DNA from: an uncultured Ruminococcus sp.
GTDB lineage: Bacteria > Bacillota > Clostridia > Oscillospirales > Acutalibacteraceae
NCBI GenBank assembly: GCA_902803585.1
Contig: CADCQO010000145.1
Coordinates: forward strand, 1-44,916
Reading direction: 5' to 3'
DNA length: 44,916 bases
The position numbers were made by a program, and so were the translations under genes. Below the pieces are notes generated by a model. That model searched no databases and was not told the DNA's origin. It saw only the letters and a list, made by a program, of their open reading frames with translations. Below, piece after piece: positions 17,345-26,790 of the stretch; the stretch's first letter is position 1, and every line of letters starts with the position of its first letter.

Positions 17345-18242
17345 AGACAGAATTATCCGCTGTATCACATCTGACGGTGCTGTTATGGCCTGTGCCGCCG
17401 ATACGACCGACCTTGTGTATAAAGGTGCCAGACTGCATCTTACGTCACCTGTTGCAACAGCAGCACTGGGACGTTTACTGACAGCAGCTGCCATTATGGG
17501 TGCACAACTGAAGCAGGACGATGCCAGTGTGACACTTCGTATCAAGGGAGATAACAGCGAAACCGGAGCAGTCATTGCTGTTGCAGACAGTAAAGGCAAT
17601 GTCAAAGGTTATGTGCAGAATCCGGATTGTCCGACAGAATATTATCCCAGCGGCAAATTGAATGTTGCAAAAGCAGTAGGCAGGACAGGTATACTGAATG
17701 TTATGCGTGACTATGGAACAGGTGAACCGTATGTCGGACAGGTACAGCTGATTTCCGGAGAGATTGCCGAAGATATCACCAATTACTATGCCACCAGCGA
17801 ACAGATTCCGACCGTTTGCGCTCTGGGCGTTTTGCTGGACAAGGAAGATCATCAGGTGCTGCTGGCAGGCGGCCTGCTGATACAGCTTTTACCGGGAGCA
17901 ACAGAGGCGACAATTGATCATATCGAAAAGAATGTTGCTGAACTGGAACCGATGACAACGATGCTGGCAAAGGGCATGAGCATGGAGGATATTTGTAAAA
18001 CTGCCCTCAAAGGCTTTGAAGTGGAGGTATTGGACGAATCACCGCTTCGCTATGCCTGCTCGTGCAGCAGAGATAAGATCATTGATGCTTTCGTTACACT
18101 GAAAGACGATGAAATTCGTGCATTGGCAGATGAGAAAGGTTATGCAGAGGCAATCTGCCATTTCTGCAAGAAAAAGCACCGCTTCTCCAAAGCACAGTTA
18201 GAGCAGATTATCCGTCAGAAAAATGCAGATACAGAGAACTGA
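17337..18242 (+). CDS. hslO: Redox-regulated chaperone Hsp33
   Basis: Hsp33 family with the C-terminal zinc centre CSCS...CHFCKKKH. Overlaps the end of the upstream gene by 8 nt. Confidence 0.93.
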   Translation: MSKDRIIRCITSDGAVMACAADTTDLVYKGARLHLTSPVATAALGRLLTAAAIMGAQLKQDDASVTLRIKGDNSETGAVIAVADSKGNVKGYVQNPDCPTEYYPSGKLNVAKAVGRTGILNVMRDYGTGEPYVGQVQLISGEIAEDITNYYATSEQIPTVCALGVLLDKEDHQVLLAGGLLIQLLPGATEATIDHIEKNVAELEPMTTMLAKGMSMEDICKTALKGFEVEVLDESPLRYACSCSRDKIIDAFVTLKDDEIRALADEKGYAEAICHFCKKKHRFSKAQLEQIIRQKNADTEN

Positions 18243-18246
18243 AAAA

Positions 18247-18276
18247 AAGCAGCGGCGTTGTAATGTGCCGCTGCTT
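18247..18276. terminator. Bidirectional terminator between convergent hslO and the VanY-like gene
   Basis: A 10-bp stem aagcagcggc (18247-56) / gccgctgctt (18267-76). A-run upstream and T-containing tract downstream. Confidence 0.65.
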
Positions 18277-18294
18277 GGTATTATGTTGAAGGGT

Positions 18295-19566
18295 TCAGTC
18301 CTGATAAATGGAGGTAATGCCGTAGTATTCCTCCAATGTCAAGCCGCTGGCGCTGATTTCAGCGGCTTTTTCCATGCCGAGATACCGTACGTGCCAAGGC
18401 TCATATTTATATCCGGTAATTTCCTCTTTGCCCTGCGGATATCGGATAATAAAACCGAATTCAGCACAATGTGCCTCAATCCATGCAGCTTCAGGGGTGT
18501 AAGCGAAGGCATCTGAGGTAGTATTAAAGTCAAGTGCCAGTCCTGTCTGGTGTTCTGAATGACCCGGACGGGCAGAGCAAAGGTCTGCTAAAGCAACGCC
18601 TCTGTCCCAGACAAAGGATTGATATGTAAAGCTTTGTGTATCATAGCTGCGGAAGCCTGATTCCATCCACAATGTAATACCGTCTGCGGCAGCGGCAGCA
18701 ACCATTGCGTTGTATGCCTGATATGTTTCATCGGTCAGACCGTATCCGAAATAAGAAGGCAGGGCATAGGTTTTATTGGCAATCAGAACACCGTCGACAT
18801 AGGTAGCCCCGTCAATTACTTCAATCGTTTTCAGAGGAGCAGTATAGGTTTCGCTCCAGCCGGAATAAATGCGCTCGCCGTTCTTTGTGCGGTAAGTACG
18901 GATGCGCAAAAAGTAAGTAGTGTTTTGCTGCAGCTGTTCAAATGTCAAAGAATTTTCGGTTGTCTGACGTTCAGAGGTATATTCCTGAGGGAAGTCGGCA
19001 GAGGAAGAACATTCAACAATATAGCCGTCAGCATTTTTGATCAGATTCCAGCTAACAGAAACAGAGGAAACTTTTGTGTGTATATTCAGAAAAATATCGG
19101 AAACAGAATTTTCAGTGCTTGTGGATGTTTCAGAAAATGACTGCTGCATAGAGCTGACCTCACTTGTTGTTTGTAATTCATTGGAAGATGTACTTTCGAC
19201 AGACTGAGAAGAAGAAACTGAACTTGCAGATGCCAGATTGCTTTCAGCAGGCTGAGAAGCGGGTGCGGAACTTTCCGATGTTTGGCTGCTTTCAGCAGGC
19301 TGAGAAGCGGGTGCGGAACTTTCCGGTGTTTGGCTGCTTTCAGCAGACTGCGAAGAGGGGTGCAGACTTTCCTGCTTGGGCTGACTGTTGACTGAGGGCT
19401 GTTCAGCGCGGTCAGCAGGTGCAGAACTTTCGGCTGACGGCTGCACGGTTGTATTTTGTGACAGGGTACTGTCTGCCGCAGAACTTGCGGAGGATTGATT
19501 ACGGCAGGAAACAGCACTCATCAGCAGCACTGAAAGCAGAATTAAAACAACGGTTTTTTTCATCAT
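18295..19566 (-). CDS. Probable lipoprotein: D-alanyl-D-alanine carboxypeptidase (VanY / peptidase M15B) with Ser-rich linker and Fn3-like domain
   Basis: Signal peptide plus Cys (LLMSAVSC), a Ser/Glu/Pro-rich repeat linker and a central Fn3-like segment (VSWNLIKNADGYIVECS...YFLRIRTY). C-terminal M15B motifs are SGFRSYDTQ, PGHSEHQTGLALD and EPWHVRY. Confidence 0.85.
   Translation of the reverse strand: MMKKTVVLILLSVLLMSAVSCRNQSSASSAADSTLSQNTTVQPSAESSAPADRAEQPSVNSQPKQESLHPSSQSAESSQTPESSAPASQPAESSQTSESSAPASQPAESNLASASSVSSSQSVESTSSNELQTTSEVSSMQQSFSETSTSTENSVSDIFLNIHTKVSSVSVSWNLIKNADGYIVECSSSADFPQEYTSERQTTENSLTFEQLQQNTTYFLRIRTYRTKNGERIYSGWSETYTAPLKTIEVIDGATYVDGVLIANKTYALPSYFGYGLTDETYQAYNAMVAAAAADGITLWMESGFRSYDTQSFTYQSFVWDRGVALADLCSARPGHSEHQTGLALDFNTTSDAFAYTPEAAWIEAHCAEFGFIIRYPQGKEEITGYKYEPWHVRYLGMEKAAEISASGLTLEEYYGITSIYQD
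19240..19383. repeat. 48-nt in-frame tandem repeat (2 near-identical copies plus 1 diverged) inside the VanY-like gene
   Basis: Copies 19240-19287 and 19288-19335 differ at a single position. 19336-19383 is a diverged third copy. Together they encode the SQT(P/S)ESSAPASQPAES units. Confidence 0.85.
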
Positions 19567-19705
19567 ATTCGGACTTCCTTTTCTATTTGGGGTTTGACAG
19601 TATGCGTTTTCAGAGATCTGATCACCTCCACTATTTTACCCGCAAAAATCCTTCAAGTCAATCCATTTTTGCTGATTTCTGATTGTGAATTTAAGACATC
19701 TAATC

Positions 19706-21091
19706 TCATCGCTTTTGTCCGGCAAGTATCCGGTGTTTTGTTTTGAGTTTTTTTGTGCCATAGGGAAGGTTGATTTCACTGTATCTGACCTTGCTGGAGA
19801 GCAGTATCAGGGCGATCAGATTAGGAATTGCCATCAGTCCGTTAAGGGTATCGGAGATTTCCCATACTACCGACAGCCCCATCACACAGCCGGCATAGGT
19901 AACAGCGGCATAAAATATACGGTATAAGCGGATATATTTTCCGCCCGTCAGGTATTCAAGACTTTTTTCTCCGTAGTAGGACCAGGATACCAGCGTACCA
20001 AAGGCAAACAGTATAATAGAGAGGGACATAAAAATATGTCCGAACCTGCCCAGTACAGCATCAAACGAATACGTACTCAGTTCTATCCCGTCCAGTCCCA
20101 TGCGGTCACCGCCTGTTGTCAGGATACACAGTGCCATAAGTGTGCATAGTACGATTGTATCAATAAAAACCTGAAAAATGCCCCACATTCCCTGATTATA
20201 AGGGTCATCGGTTTCAGCGGCTGCATGAACGATCGGTGATGTGCCGAGTCCGGCTTCATTGGAAAATACTCCTCTGGAAATGCCGTATTTCATTGCCTTT
20301 GTCATGCCATACCCCATGAATCCTCCCGCCGCACATCTGACATCAAAGGCTTCCGTAAAAATGCGGCTGAACGCTTCGGGAATCGCACGGATATTGAACA
20401 GAATCACAACAGTGATCCCTGATAAAAACAATATTGTCATGGCAGGCACTAACTTTTCGGTCAGTCGGGCAATGCGGGAAATTCCGCCGAAAATAATCAT
20501 TCCTACCAATACAGCGAGAATGACACCGCTGATTTCTGGCGGCACACCGAATCCTGTTTTCAGCGCACCCGCCACAGAATTGCTTTGGGTCATGTTGCCC
20601 ATACCCAGAGAGGCTGCTGTACAGATGACAGCGAAGATAACGGCGAGCCATTTACAGTCAAGCCCTTTTTCGATGTAATACATAGGGCCGCCGACAAACT
20701 TTCCGCCGTTGCGGGTTCTGTATTTGACACCCAGCACATTTTCAGCAAAAACGGTTGCCATGCCGAAGAAAGCGGCGATCCACATCCAAAATACTGCGCC
20801 TGCTCCGCCCAGTGCAATAGCGTTTGCAACACCGACAATATTACCTGTACCGACAGAACCTGCCAGAGCAGTAGACATTGCCTGCAACGGAGAAATGCCG
20901 GAATGGCTGCTGCTGTTGTTTTTGCCGAAAACGGAGAGAGCGGTTTTTCGCCACCACCACCTGAAATGCACCAGCTGAAAAAATTTCAGTTTTATGGTAT
21001 AGAGTAGCCCCACTCCGATCAGGAACAGCAGCATATAAGGTCCCCAGATAATTGTATTGATTTTTGCATTGATAGCCTGCAGCTGTTCCAT
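19706..21091 (-). CDS. Sodium:alanine (AGCS family) symporter
   Basis: AGCS family similarity (GISPLQAMSTALAGSVGTGNIVGVANAI, FSNEAGLGTSPIVHAAA). Start trimmed from 21142 to the ATG at 21091 (MEQLQAINAKINTIIWGP), preceded by AGAGGTG. Confidence 0.9.
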   Translation of the reverse strand: MEQLQAINAKINTIIWGPYMLLFLIGVGLLYTIKLKFFQLVHFRWWWRKTALSVFGKNNSSSHSGISPLQAMSTALAGSVGTGNIVGVANAIALGGAGAVFWMWIAAFFGMATVFAENVLGVKYRTRNGGKFVGGPMYYIEKGLDCKWLAVIFAVICTAASLGMGNMTQSNSVAGALKTGFGVPPEISGVILAVLVGMIIFGGISRIARLTEKLVPAMTILFLSGITVVILFNIRAIPEAFSRIFTEAFDVRCAAGGFMGYGMTKAMKYGISRGVFSNEAGLGTSPIVHAAAETDDPYNQGMWGIFQVFIDTIVLCTLMALCILTTGGDRMGLDGIELSTYSFDAVLGRFGHIFMSLSIILFAFGTLVSWSYYGEKSLEYLTGGKYIRLYRIFYAAVTYAGCVMGLSVVWEISDTLNGLMAIPNLIALILLSSKVRYSEINLPYGTKKLKTKHRILAGQKR

Positions 21092-21200
21092 ACCAACACC
21101 TCTTTGAATATGTATATGCAGATATCGGAGAAGATAATACAAACGTCAGTCTGTGCGCCGCCAGTCACTTAATTTTTGTCAGAAATAAGCATTATTTGTC

Positions 21201-21229
21201 TTGCAAGCCCCTCTGATGTATGGTATAAT
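21201..21229 (+). promoter_or_regulatory. Putative sigma-A promoter of the GH13 gene
   Basis: TTGCAA (21201-06), a 17-nt spacer, then TGgTATAAT (-10 hexamer at 21224-29). Confidence 0.55.
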
Positions 21230-21263
21230 GTATAAAAATTACCATGTATCGGAGGTTTTTATT

Positions 21264-22814
21264 ATGCCAAATTGGTTAAAAGATGCTGTTTTCTATGAAA
21301 TCTATCCTCAGACTTTCTGCGACAGCAACGGTGATGGTATCGGTGATATCAACGGTATTATCTCCAAACTGGATTATGTGCAGAGTCTGGGCTGTAATGC
21401 TGTCTGGCTCAATCCCGTGTATGATTCACCGTTTATGGACGCCGGCTATGACGTGAGAAATTACTATAAAGTAGCTGAACGCTATGGTACGAATGAAGAT
21501 TTGAAACATCTGTTTGAAGTTGCTCACGAAAAGGGCATCAGAATTCTGCTTGATCTCGTACCTGGTCATACGTCTGACCAGAACGAGTGGTTATTGAAAA
21601 GTAAGCAGGCAGAAAAGAATGAATACAGCGGAAGATATATCTGGACAGACTGTGTATGGGAAGCTCCTCCGCAGTACAGGCTGCTTTGCGGCATTACCCC
21701 TCGTGACGGTAACTACATGGTAAACTATTTCAGTTCCCAGCCTGCTCTGAATTACGGCTTCAATAAGATTACTCACCCTGCATGGCAGAAAAAGCCCACT
21801 GATCCGGATTGTGTAGCAACTGTTGAAGCACTGAAGGATATCATGCGCTTCTGGTTAAAGATGGGCTGTGACGGTTTCCGTGTCGATATGGCGGATTCAT
21901 TGGTAAAAGGCGAAGATGGTGAAAAGCCCGAAACCTGTAAAGTATGGAAAAATGTCCGTGCCATGCTGGATAAGGAATTCCCCGAAGCGGCTATTGTTTC
22001 AGAATGGTGTAATCCGAAAGTATCAATCGGTGCAGGCTTCCACAGCGATTTCTACCTTGACCACGACAACAACGGTTATCGTATTCTGTTCCGTGATAAG
22101 GATAGTAAAACAGGCGAATGCACAGCGGTATTCGGTAAAAACGGCAAAGGCGATATTACAAAGTTCCTTGACGAATATCTGGAAGATCTGGAGGGTACAA
22201 AAGGCAAGGGCTATATCAGCTTTATTACCTGCAACCATGATACGCCCCGCATGACAAAGATGTTCACACCGCTCGAAGCAAAGCTGGCATACAGTTTTAT
22301 TTTCCTGATGCCGGGTGTACCGTTCCTTTATTATGGCGATGAAATCGGTATGAAGTATATGGAAGGTCTGAACAGCAAAGAAGGCGGTTACAGCAGAACA
22401 GGCACTCGTACACCCATGCAGTGGAACAGCAGCCCGAACTGCGGATTCTCGGCAGTTCCTGCAGAAGACCTGTATTTGCCGGTAGACACCTCAGAGAATG
22501 CCGTAACTGTTGAGAAGTGCGAAAAAGATCCGGATTCTATCCTGAACACTCTGAGAAAAGTAATTGACCTCCGCCACGCAAACGAGGATTTACAGTCCGA
22601 TGGTGCATTTGAAGTAGTATATGCAAAGAAAAGCACTTATCCGTTTATTTTCAGAAGAGGTTCGTTCCTGATTGCCGTCAACCCGACAGATAAAGCACAG
22701 AGCGCCCCCTTTGATTTTGACTGTGAAACGGTATTTGCTATCGGCAGGGCGTGTGCAGAGGACAAGAAGCTGACAATGCAGCCGCAGTCACTTTATGTCA
22801 TGAAAATCAAGTAA
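21264..22814 (+). CDS. Glycoside hydrolase family 13 (alpha-glucosidase / oligo-1,6-glucosidase-like)
   Basis: The four GH13 conserved regions are present (DLVPGHTS, GCDGFRVDMA, IVSEW, FITCNHD). Start trimmed to the ATG at 21264 (MPNWLKDAVFYEIYPQTF) after GGAGG. Confidence 0.9.
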   Translation: MPNWLKDAVFYEIYPQTFCDSNGDGIGDINGIISKLDYVQSLGCNAVWLNPVYDSPFMDAGYDVRNYYKVAERYGTNEDLKHLFEVAHEKGIRILLDLVPGHTSDQNEWLLKSKQAEKNEYSGRYIWTDCVWEAPPQYRLLCGITPRDGNYMVNYFSSQPALNYGFNKITHPAWQKKPTDPDCVATVEALKDIMRFWLKMGCDGFRVDMADSLVKGEDGEKPETCKVWKNVRAMLDKEFPEAAIVSEWCNPKVSIGAGFHSDFYLDHDNNGYRILFRDKDSKTGECTAVFGKNGKGDITKFLDEYLEDLEGTKGKGYISFITCNHDTPRMTKMFTPLEAKLAYSFIFLMPGVPFLYYGDEIGMKYMEGLNSKEGGYSRTGTRTPMQWNSSPNCGFSAVPAEDLYLPVDTSENAVTVEKCEKDPDSILNTLRKVIDLRHANEDLQSDGAFEVVYAKKSTYPFIFRRGSFLIAVNPTDKAQSAPFDFDCETVFAIGRACAEDKKLTMQPQSLYVMKIK

Positions 22815-22837
22815 TTACATACGGTTTTTGATTTCCC

Positions 22838-22875
22838 GCAGGACGCATCATTTTGACGGTGCGTCCTGCTTTTTT
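22838..22875 (+). terminator. Rho-independent terminator of the GH13 gene
   Basis: A 10-bp stem gcaggacgca (22838-47) / tgcgtcctgc (22860-69) followed by tttttt. Confidence 0.8.
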
Positions 22876-22925
22876 CAGGAAAACTGATATTTTCGCTGAA
22901 CGCTGAATTCTTCACTGTACAAAAG

Positions 22926-22954
22926 ATTGACATATTCCGATGAAAAATATATAA
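22926..22954 (+). promoter_or_regulatory. Putative sigma-A promoter of the P-type ATPase gene
   Basis: TTGACA (22926-31), a 17-nt spacer, then TATAAT (22949-54). Confidence 0.6.
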
Positions 22955-22986
22955 TGAATGAATAATTCAACAAAGGAGAGCAAAGC

Positions 22987-25470
22987 ATGAAAAAAACTGT
23001 GAAGGAAGCTGTAAAAGCGGAAGACGCTGAGCGTTTTGATGTCACACAGGAAACAGGATTAACGCAGGAACAGGTCAACCAGCGTATCAGCGAAGGACTT
23101 GTCAACGATGATAAACCATTGCCGACAAAGAGTATCAAACGGATTTTTTATGATAATATCGTTACACTTTTTAACGTGCTGAATCTGCTGCTGGGAATTG
23201 CTGTTTTTCTGGTAGGTTCTTATAAGAATATGCTGTTTCTGGGTGTCATGCTGTGTAATACCGTCATTGGTATTTTTCAGGAGATCAGAGCAAAGCGCAC
23301 CATTGATAAGCTGTCCATTGTTTCTGCCACCAAAGTGACGGTTATTCGTGACGGGCAAAAAAAGAAAGCAGCCATTCACGAAATTGTTCTGGACGACATG
23401 ATTGAATTTTCGCAGGGAAATCAGATTCCTGTGGACTGCATTGTCGTTTCAGGCAACTGTGATGCTAACGAATCGCTTCTGACAGGAGAATCTGATGCCA
23501 TTCATAAAAAAGCCGGCGATATGATGTATTCAGGCAGCTACATTGTCAGCGGAAAGTGCTATGCAAAGGCGGAACACGTTGGCAGTGAAAACTATGCTTC
23601 CAAAATTTCTGCGCAGGCGAAGTATATCAAAAAAGTCAATTCAGAAATCCTGTATACGCTGAATAAGATCATCAAGGTACTGACTTTTATTATTCTGCCG
23701 TTAGCACTTCTGATGTTCTTCAAACAGTACAGTCTGCCGCCGGCAGATGCGGGATCAGCAAGGTCGGTGCTGGGGATTATTGATGCTCATCTGGTGCAGG
23801 CAGTTGTCAGCACAGTAGCAGCTGTAACAGGAATGATTCCCGAAGGTCTGATTCTGCTGACCAGTACGGTATTGGCAGTCAGTGTCATTCGTTTATCCCG
23901 CCATAAAGTATTGGTGCAGGAACTGTATTGTATTGAAACATTGGCAAGGGTAGATGTGCTTTGTCTGGATAAAACAGGCACCATTACAGAAGGCTGCATG
24001 GAAGTAGCGGATTATGTCCCGTTCGGAAACAAAACGGAAAAGGAAAATATTGCGGATATTCTTTGTGGTCTGGTAGATGCTCTGGACGATACCAATGCCA
24101 CTTTTATGGCGCTGAAGGATAAGTTCAGCGGTACGACAGCCATGAAATCAGATAAGGCTGTGCCTTTTGCCTCCGAGAAAAAATGGTCGGGTGCACATTT
24201 TGTGAATGAGGGTACTTATATCATGGGTGCAGCGGAGTTTATTCTTGGAAAAGTACCGCAGGAACTGAAAAAACTGCTGGACGGCTACTCTAAAAATTAT
24301 CGTTCTATTGTTCTGGCGCATTCAGAAAACAATTTTCAAGGCAATGAACTGCCCGAAAATATTGAGGTTATCGGCATAGTGCTGCTGAATGATAAAATCA
24401 GAGCCGAAGCACCGGAAACGCTGCGGTATTTTGCCGACCAGAAAGTAGATGTCAAGATTATTTCAGGAGATAATCCTATCACGGTTTCTGATGTGGCAAG
24501 ACGGGCCGAAGTCAGAAATTACGATAAATATATTGATGCAACAACCCTGAAAACCGAAGAAGATATTCGTGAGGCAATGAAGAAATATACAGTATTCGGC
24601 AGAGTGACTCCCTCTCAGAAAAAACAGTTTGTGGTAGCACTGAAAGAACTGGGACATACCGTAGCGATGACAGGTGACGGCGTAAACGATGTTCTGGCAT
24701 TGAAAGAAGCCGACTGCAGTATTGCTATGGCAGCGGGCAGTGATGCCGCCAGAAATGTGGCACAGTTAGTTCTTCTGGATTCCAACTTTGCTTCTATGCC
24801 CAAAGTAGTGGCAGAGGGAAGAAGAACGATCAATAATATCCAGCGTTCCTCCACCTTATTTATTGTAAAGACGATTTTTTCCACGATTCTGGCAATTTTG
24901 TTCCTTTTCCTGACAGCACCGTTCCCGTTCCAGCCCATACAGCTTACACTGGTCAACGCCTTTACCATCGGTATTCCGTCTTTTATTCTCGCACTGGAAC
25001 CAAACAAAGAAAGGATCAAGGGTATCTTTATCCTGAATATACTGGAAAAAGCGATACCGGCAGGACTGACGACTGTTATCAATGTTATTCTGTGTATTTT
25101 CGCTATGTATCTTTTCAATCTGAACATAGCGGAATATAAGACATTAGCTGTGTGTCTTACGGCCATTACTTCTTTCATGATACTGTTTCAGGTTTCCTTA
25201 CCGTTCAACAAGATAAGAATAGCCCTGTTTGTGTCTATGGTGTCGGGTGTTGCCATCGGAGTGCTGTGCTGCCGTGACATTCCATTATTGGGACAGCATT
25301 TTGATCTTTTCAATTTTGCGCCGTTTTCACTGACCACAGGCATTTTGTTGGGTGTAATGACGCTGATCGCTGTCGGTATATTCGTTTTGCTGACGATGCC
25401 GATGAAAAAACTTTTTGCAGGAATCACTGCGAAGTTTGACGGAAGAGCTTTCCGCCCGAAAAATACTTGA
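22987..25470 (+). CDS. Cation-transporting P-type ATPase (HAD-IC superfamily)
   Basis: Phosphorylation motif CLDKTGTITEG, TGES actuator motif and hinge MTGDGVNDVLALKEADCSIAM, with about 10 TM segments. Substrate cannot be assigned from sequence alone. Confidence 0.9.
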   Translation: MKKTVKEAVKAEDAERFDVTQETGLTQEQVNQRISEGLVNDDKPLPTKSIKRIFYDNIVTLFNVLNLLLGIAVFLVGSYKNMLFLGVMLCNTVIGIFQEIRAKRTIDKLSIVSATKVTVIRDGQKKKAAIHEIVLDDMIEFSQGNQIPVDCIVVSGNCDANESLLTGESDAIHKKAGDMMYSGSYIVSGKCYAKAEHVGSENYASKISAQAKYIKKVNSEILYTLNKIIKVLTFIILPLALLMFFKQYSLPPADAGSARSVLGIIDAHLVQAVVSTVAAVTGMIPEGLILLTSTVLAVSVIRLSRHKVLVQELYCIETLARVDVLCLDKTGTITEGCMEVADYVPFGNKTEKENIADILCGLVDALDDTNATFMALKDKFSGTTAMKSDKAVPFASEKKWSGAHFVNEGTYIMGAAEFILGKVPQELKKLLDGYSKNYRSIVLAHSENNFQGNELPENIEVIGIVLLNDKIRAEAPETLRYFADQKVDVKIISGDNPITVSDVARRAEVRNYDKYIDATTLKTEEDIREAMKKYTVFGRVTPSQKKQFVVALKELGHTVAMTGDGVNDVLALKEADCSIAMAAGSDAARNVAQLVLLDSNFASMPKVVAEGRRTINNIQRSSTLFIVKTIFSTILAILFLFLTAPFPFQPIQLTLVNAFTIGIPSFILALEPNKERIKGIFILNILEKAIPAGLTTVINVILCIFAMYLFNLNIAEYKTLAVCLTAITSFMILFQVSLPFNKIRIALFVSMVSGVAIGVLCCRDIPLLGQHFDLFNFAPFSLTTGILLGVMTLIAVGIFVLLTMPMKKLFAGITAKFDGRAFRPKNT

Positions 25471-25484
25471 ATTTGTCATAAATG

Positions 25485-25541
25485 CGCCCCTTGTGCCATA
25501 ACATAGCCTTGCAGGATTATGTTATCGAAGGGGCGATTTTT
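25485..25541 (+). terminator. Long hairpin plus T-run after the ATPase gene, overlapping the ylmC SD
   Basis: Outer stem cgcccctt (25485-92) / aaggggcg (25528-35) and inner stem ataacata / tatgttat, followed by attttt. The 3' arm contains the GAAGGGG SD of the next gene. Confidence 0.6.
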
Positions 25542-25838
25542 ATGAATAGCTGTCGTGTTACAGAACTGCGGCACAAAGAGGTCATTAACAGCACAAACGG
25601 CTGTCGTATCGGTTTTGTCGATGACGTGGAGGTCAATACAGAAACAGCAAAGGTGATTTCGGTCATTATTTACGGGCGGCAGCGGTTCTTCGGCTTTTTG
25701 GGACGCGGAGAAGACGTGGTGATACAATGGGAAAATATCTGTCTGATCGGTGAGGATACAATTCTTGTCAGTCACTGCCCGTTTGCCTATCATCAGCATA
25801 AGAAATCAAAGCTGTCGTTTTTTCCGTTTTTTCACTGA
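25542..25838 (+). CDS. ylmC: YlmC/YmxH-family sporulation protein (PRC-barrel)
   Basis: MNSCRVTELRHKEVINSTNGCRIGFVDDVEVNTETAKVISVIIYGR... is the typical YlmC/YmxH N-terminus. Start trimmed from 25482 to the ATG at 25542. Confidence 0.85.
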   Translation: MNSCRVTELRHKEVINSTNGCRIGFVDDVEVNTETAKVISVIIYGRQRFFGFLGRGEDVVIQWENICLIGEDTILVSHCPFAYHQHKKSKLSFFPFFH

Positions 25839-25886
25839 TATTTTATATTGCAGTTCAGAAAAATTGAAAATCCGGAAAAATTTTTC

Positions 25887-25915
25887 TTGCAATTCCGGAA
25901 CTGGTATGGTATAAT
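25887..25915 (+). promoter_or_regulatory. Putative sigma-A promoter of rpsB
   Basis: TTGCAA (25887-92), a 17-nt spacer, then TGgTATAAT (-10 hexamer at 25910-15). About 98 nt of leader lies before the rpsB ATG. Confidence 0.6.
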
Positions 25916-26013
25916 ATCCCTTGCAGTTCGCACGTTGGTCATATTCGTTAGGTGCGCAGCATACGGCGTAATGCAGACCAGCGGAGGAAAAAACCTAAGG
26001 AGGATTTTTAACA

Positions 26014-26748
26014 ATGGCAGTAGTATCAATGAAACAGCTTTTGGAAGCAGGTGTTCACTTCGGACATCAGACAAGAAGATGGAACCCGAAAATGGCTCCC
26101 TACATCTTCACAGAGAGAAACGGTATCTACATTATCGACCTGCAGAAGACCGTCAAGAAGCTCGAAGAGGCTTATAACTTCGTTCGTGAGCTTTCTTCTG
26201 AGGGTAAGTCTGTTCTGTTTGTAGGTACAAAGAAGCAGGCACAGGATTCCGTTAAGGAAGAGGCACTCCGTGCAGGTGCTTACTATGTTAACGCAAGATG
26301 GCTGGGCGGTATGCTCACCACCTTCACAACTATCCGCCGCAGAATTGAAAGACTCAGACAGCTCCGTACAATGGAAACTGACGGTACTTTTGATCTTCTG
26401 CCCAAGAAGGAAGTTATCAAGCTCAACCTTGAGATCGAAAAGCTCGAGAAGTTCCTCGGCGGTATCAAGGATATGAAGGATATTCCTGGCGCATTGTTTA
26501 TCGTTGACCCCAGAAAGGAAAGAATCGCAGTAGCTGAAGCAAAGAAACTGGGTATTCCGATCGTTGCTATCGTCGACACAAACTGTGATCCTGACGAAAT
26601 CGACTATGTTATCCCCGGCAATGATGACGCTATCCGTGCTGTAAAACTGATCTCCGGTGCTATCGCTAACGCTATCATCGAAGGCAACGAGGGCAAGATG
26701 GGCGCTGCTGCTGCCGAAGAGGCTGAAGAAGACGCAACCGAAGAATAA
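26014..26748 (+). CDS. rpsB: 30S ribosomal protein S2
   Basis: [27 protein letters not shown]... is the canonical S2 N-terminus, with an acidic C-terminal tail. SD AAGGAGG. Confidence 0.97.
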   Translation: MAVVSMKQLLEAGVHFGHQTRRWNPKMAPYIFTERNGIYIIDLQKTVKKLEEAYNFVRELSSEGKSVLFVGTKKQAQDSVKEEALRAGAYYVNARWLGGMLTTFTTIRRRIERLRQLRTMETDGTFDLLPKKEVIKLNLEIEKLEKFLGGIKDMKDIPGALFIVDPRKERIAVAEAKKLGIPIVAIVDTNCDPDEIDYVIPGNDDAIRAVKLISGAIANAIIEGNEGKMGAAAAEEAEEDATEE

Positions 26749-26762
26749 TGCCATATAACAGA

Positions 26763-26790
26763 ATACCCGCAACTTCTGCGGGTATTTTTT
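26763..26790 (+). terminator. Hairpin plus T-run between rpsB and tsf (terminator or attenuator)
   Basis: Stem atacccgc (26763-70) / gcgggtat (26778-85) followed by ttttt. Confidence 0.65.

Noticed and set aside
21092-21200. Glycine riboswitch upstream of the Na+/alanine symporter
   Set aside because: No GGAGAG...ACCGAAGGGGCAA-type cores are visible in the minus-strand leader.
25848-26177. 109-aa plus-strand ORF overlapping the rpsB promoter and the rpsB 5' end
   Set aside because: It is out of frame with rpsB, spans the promoter itself and has no SD.
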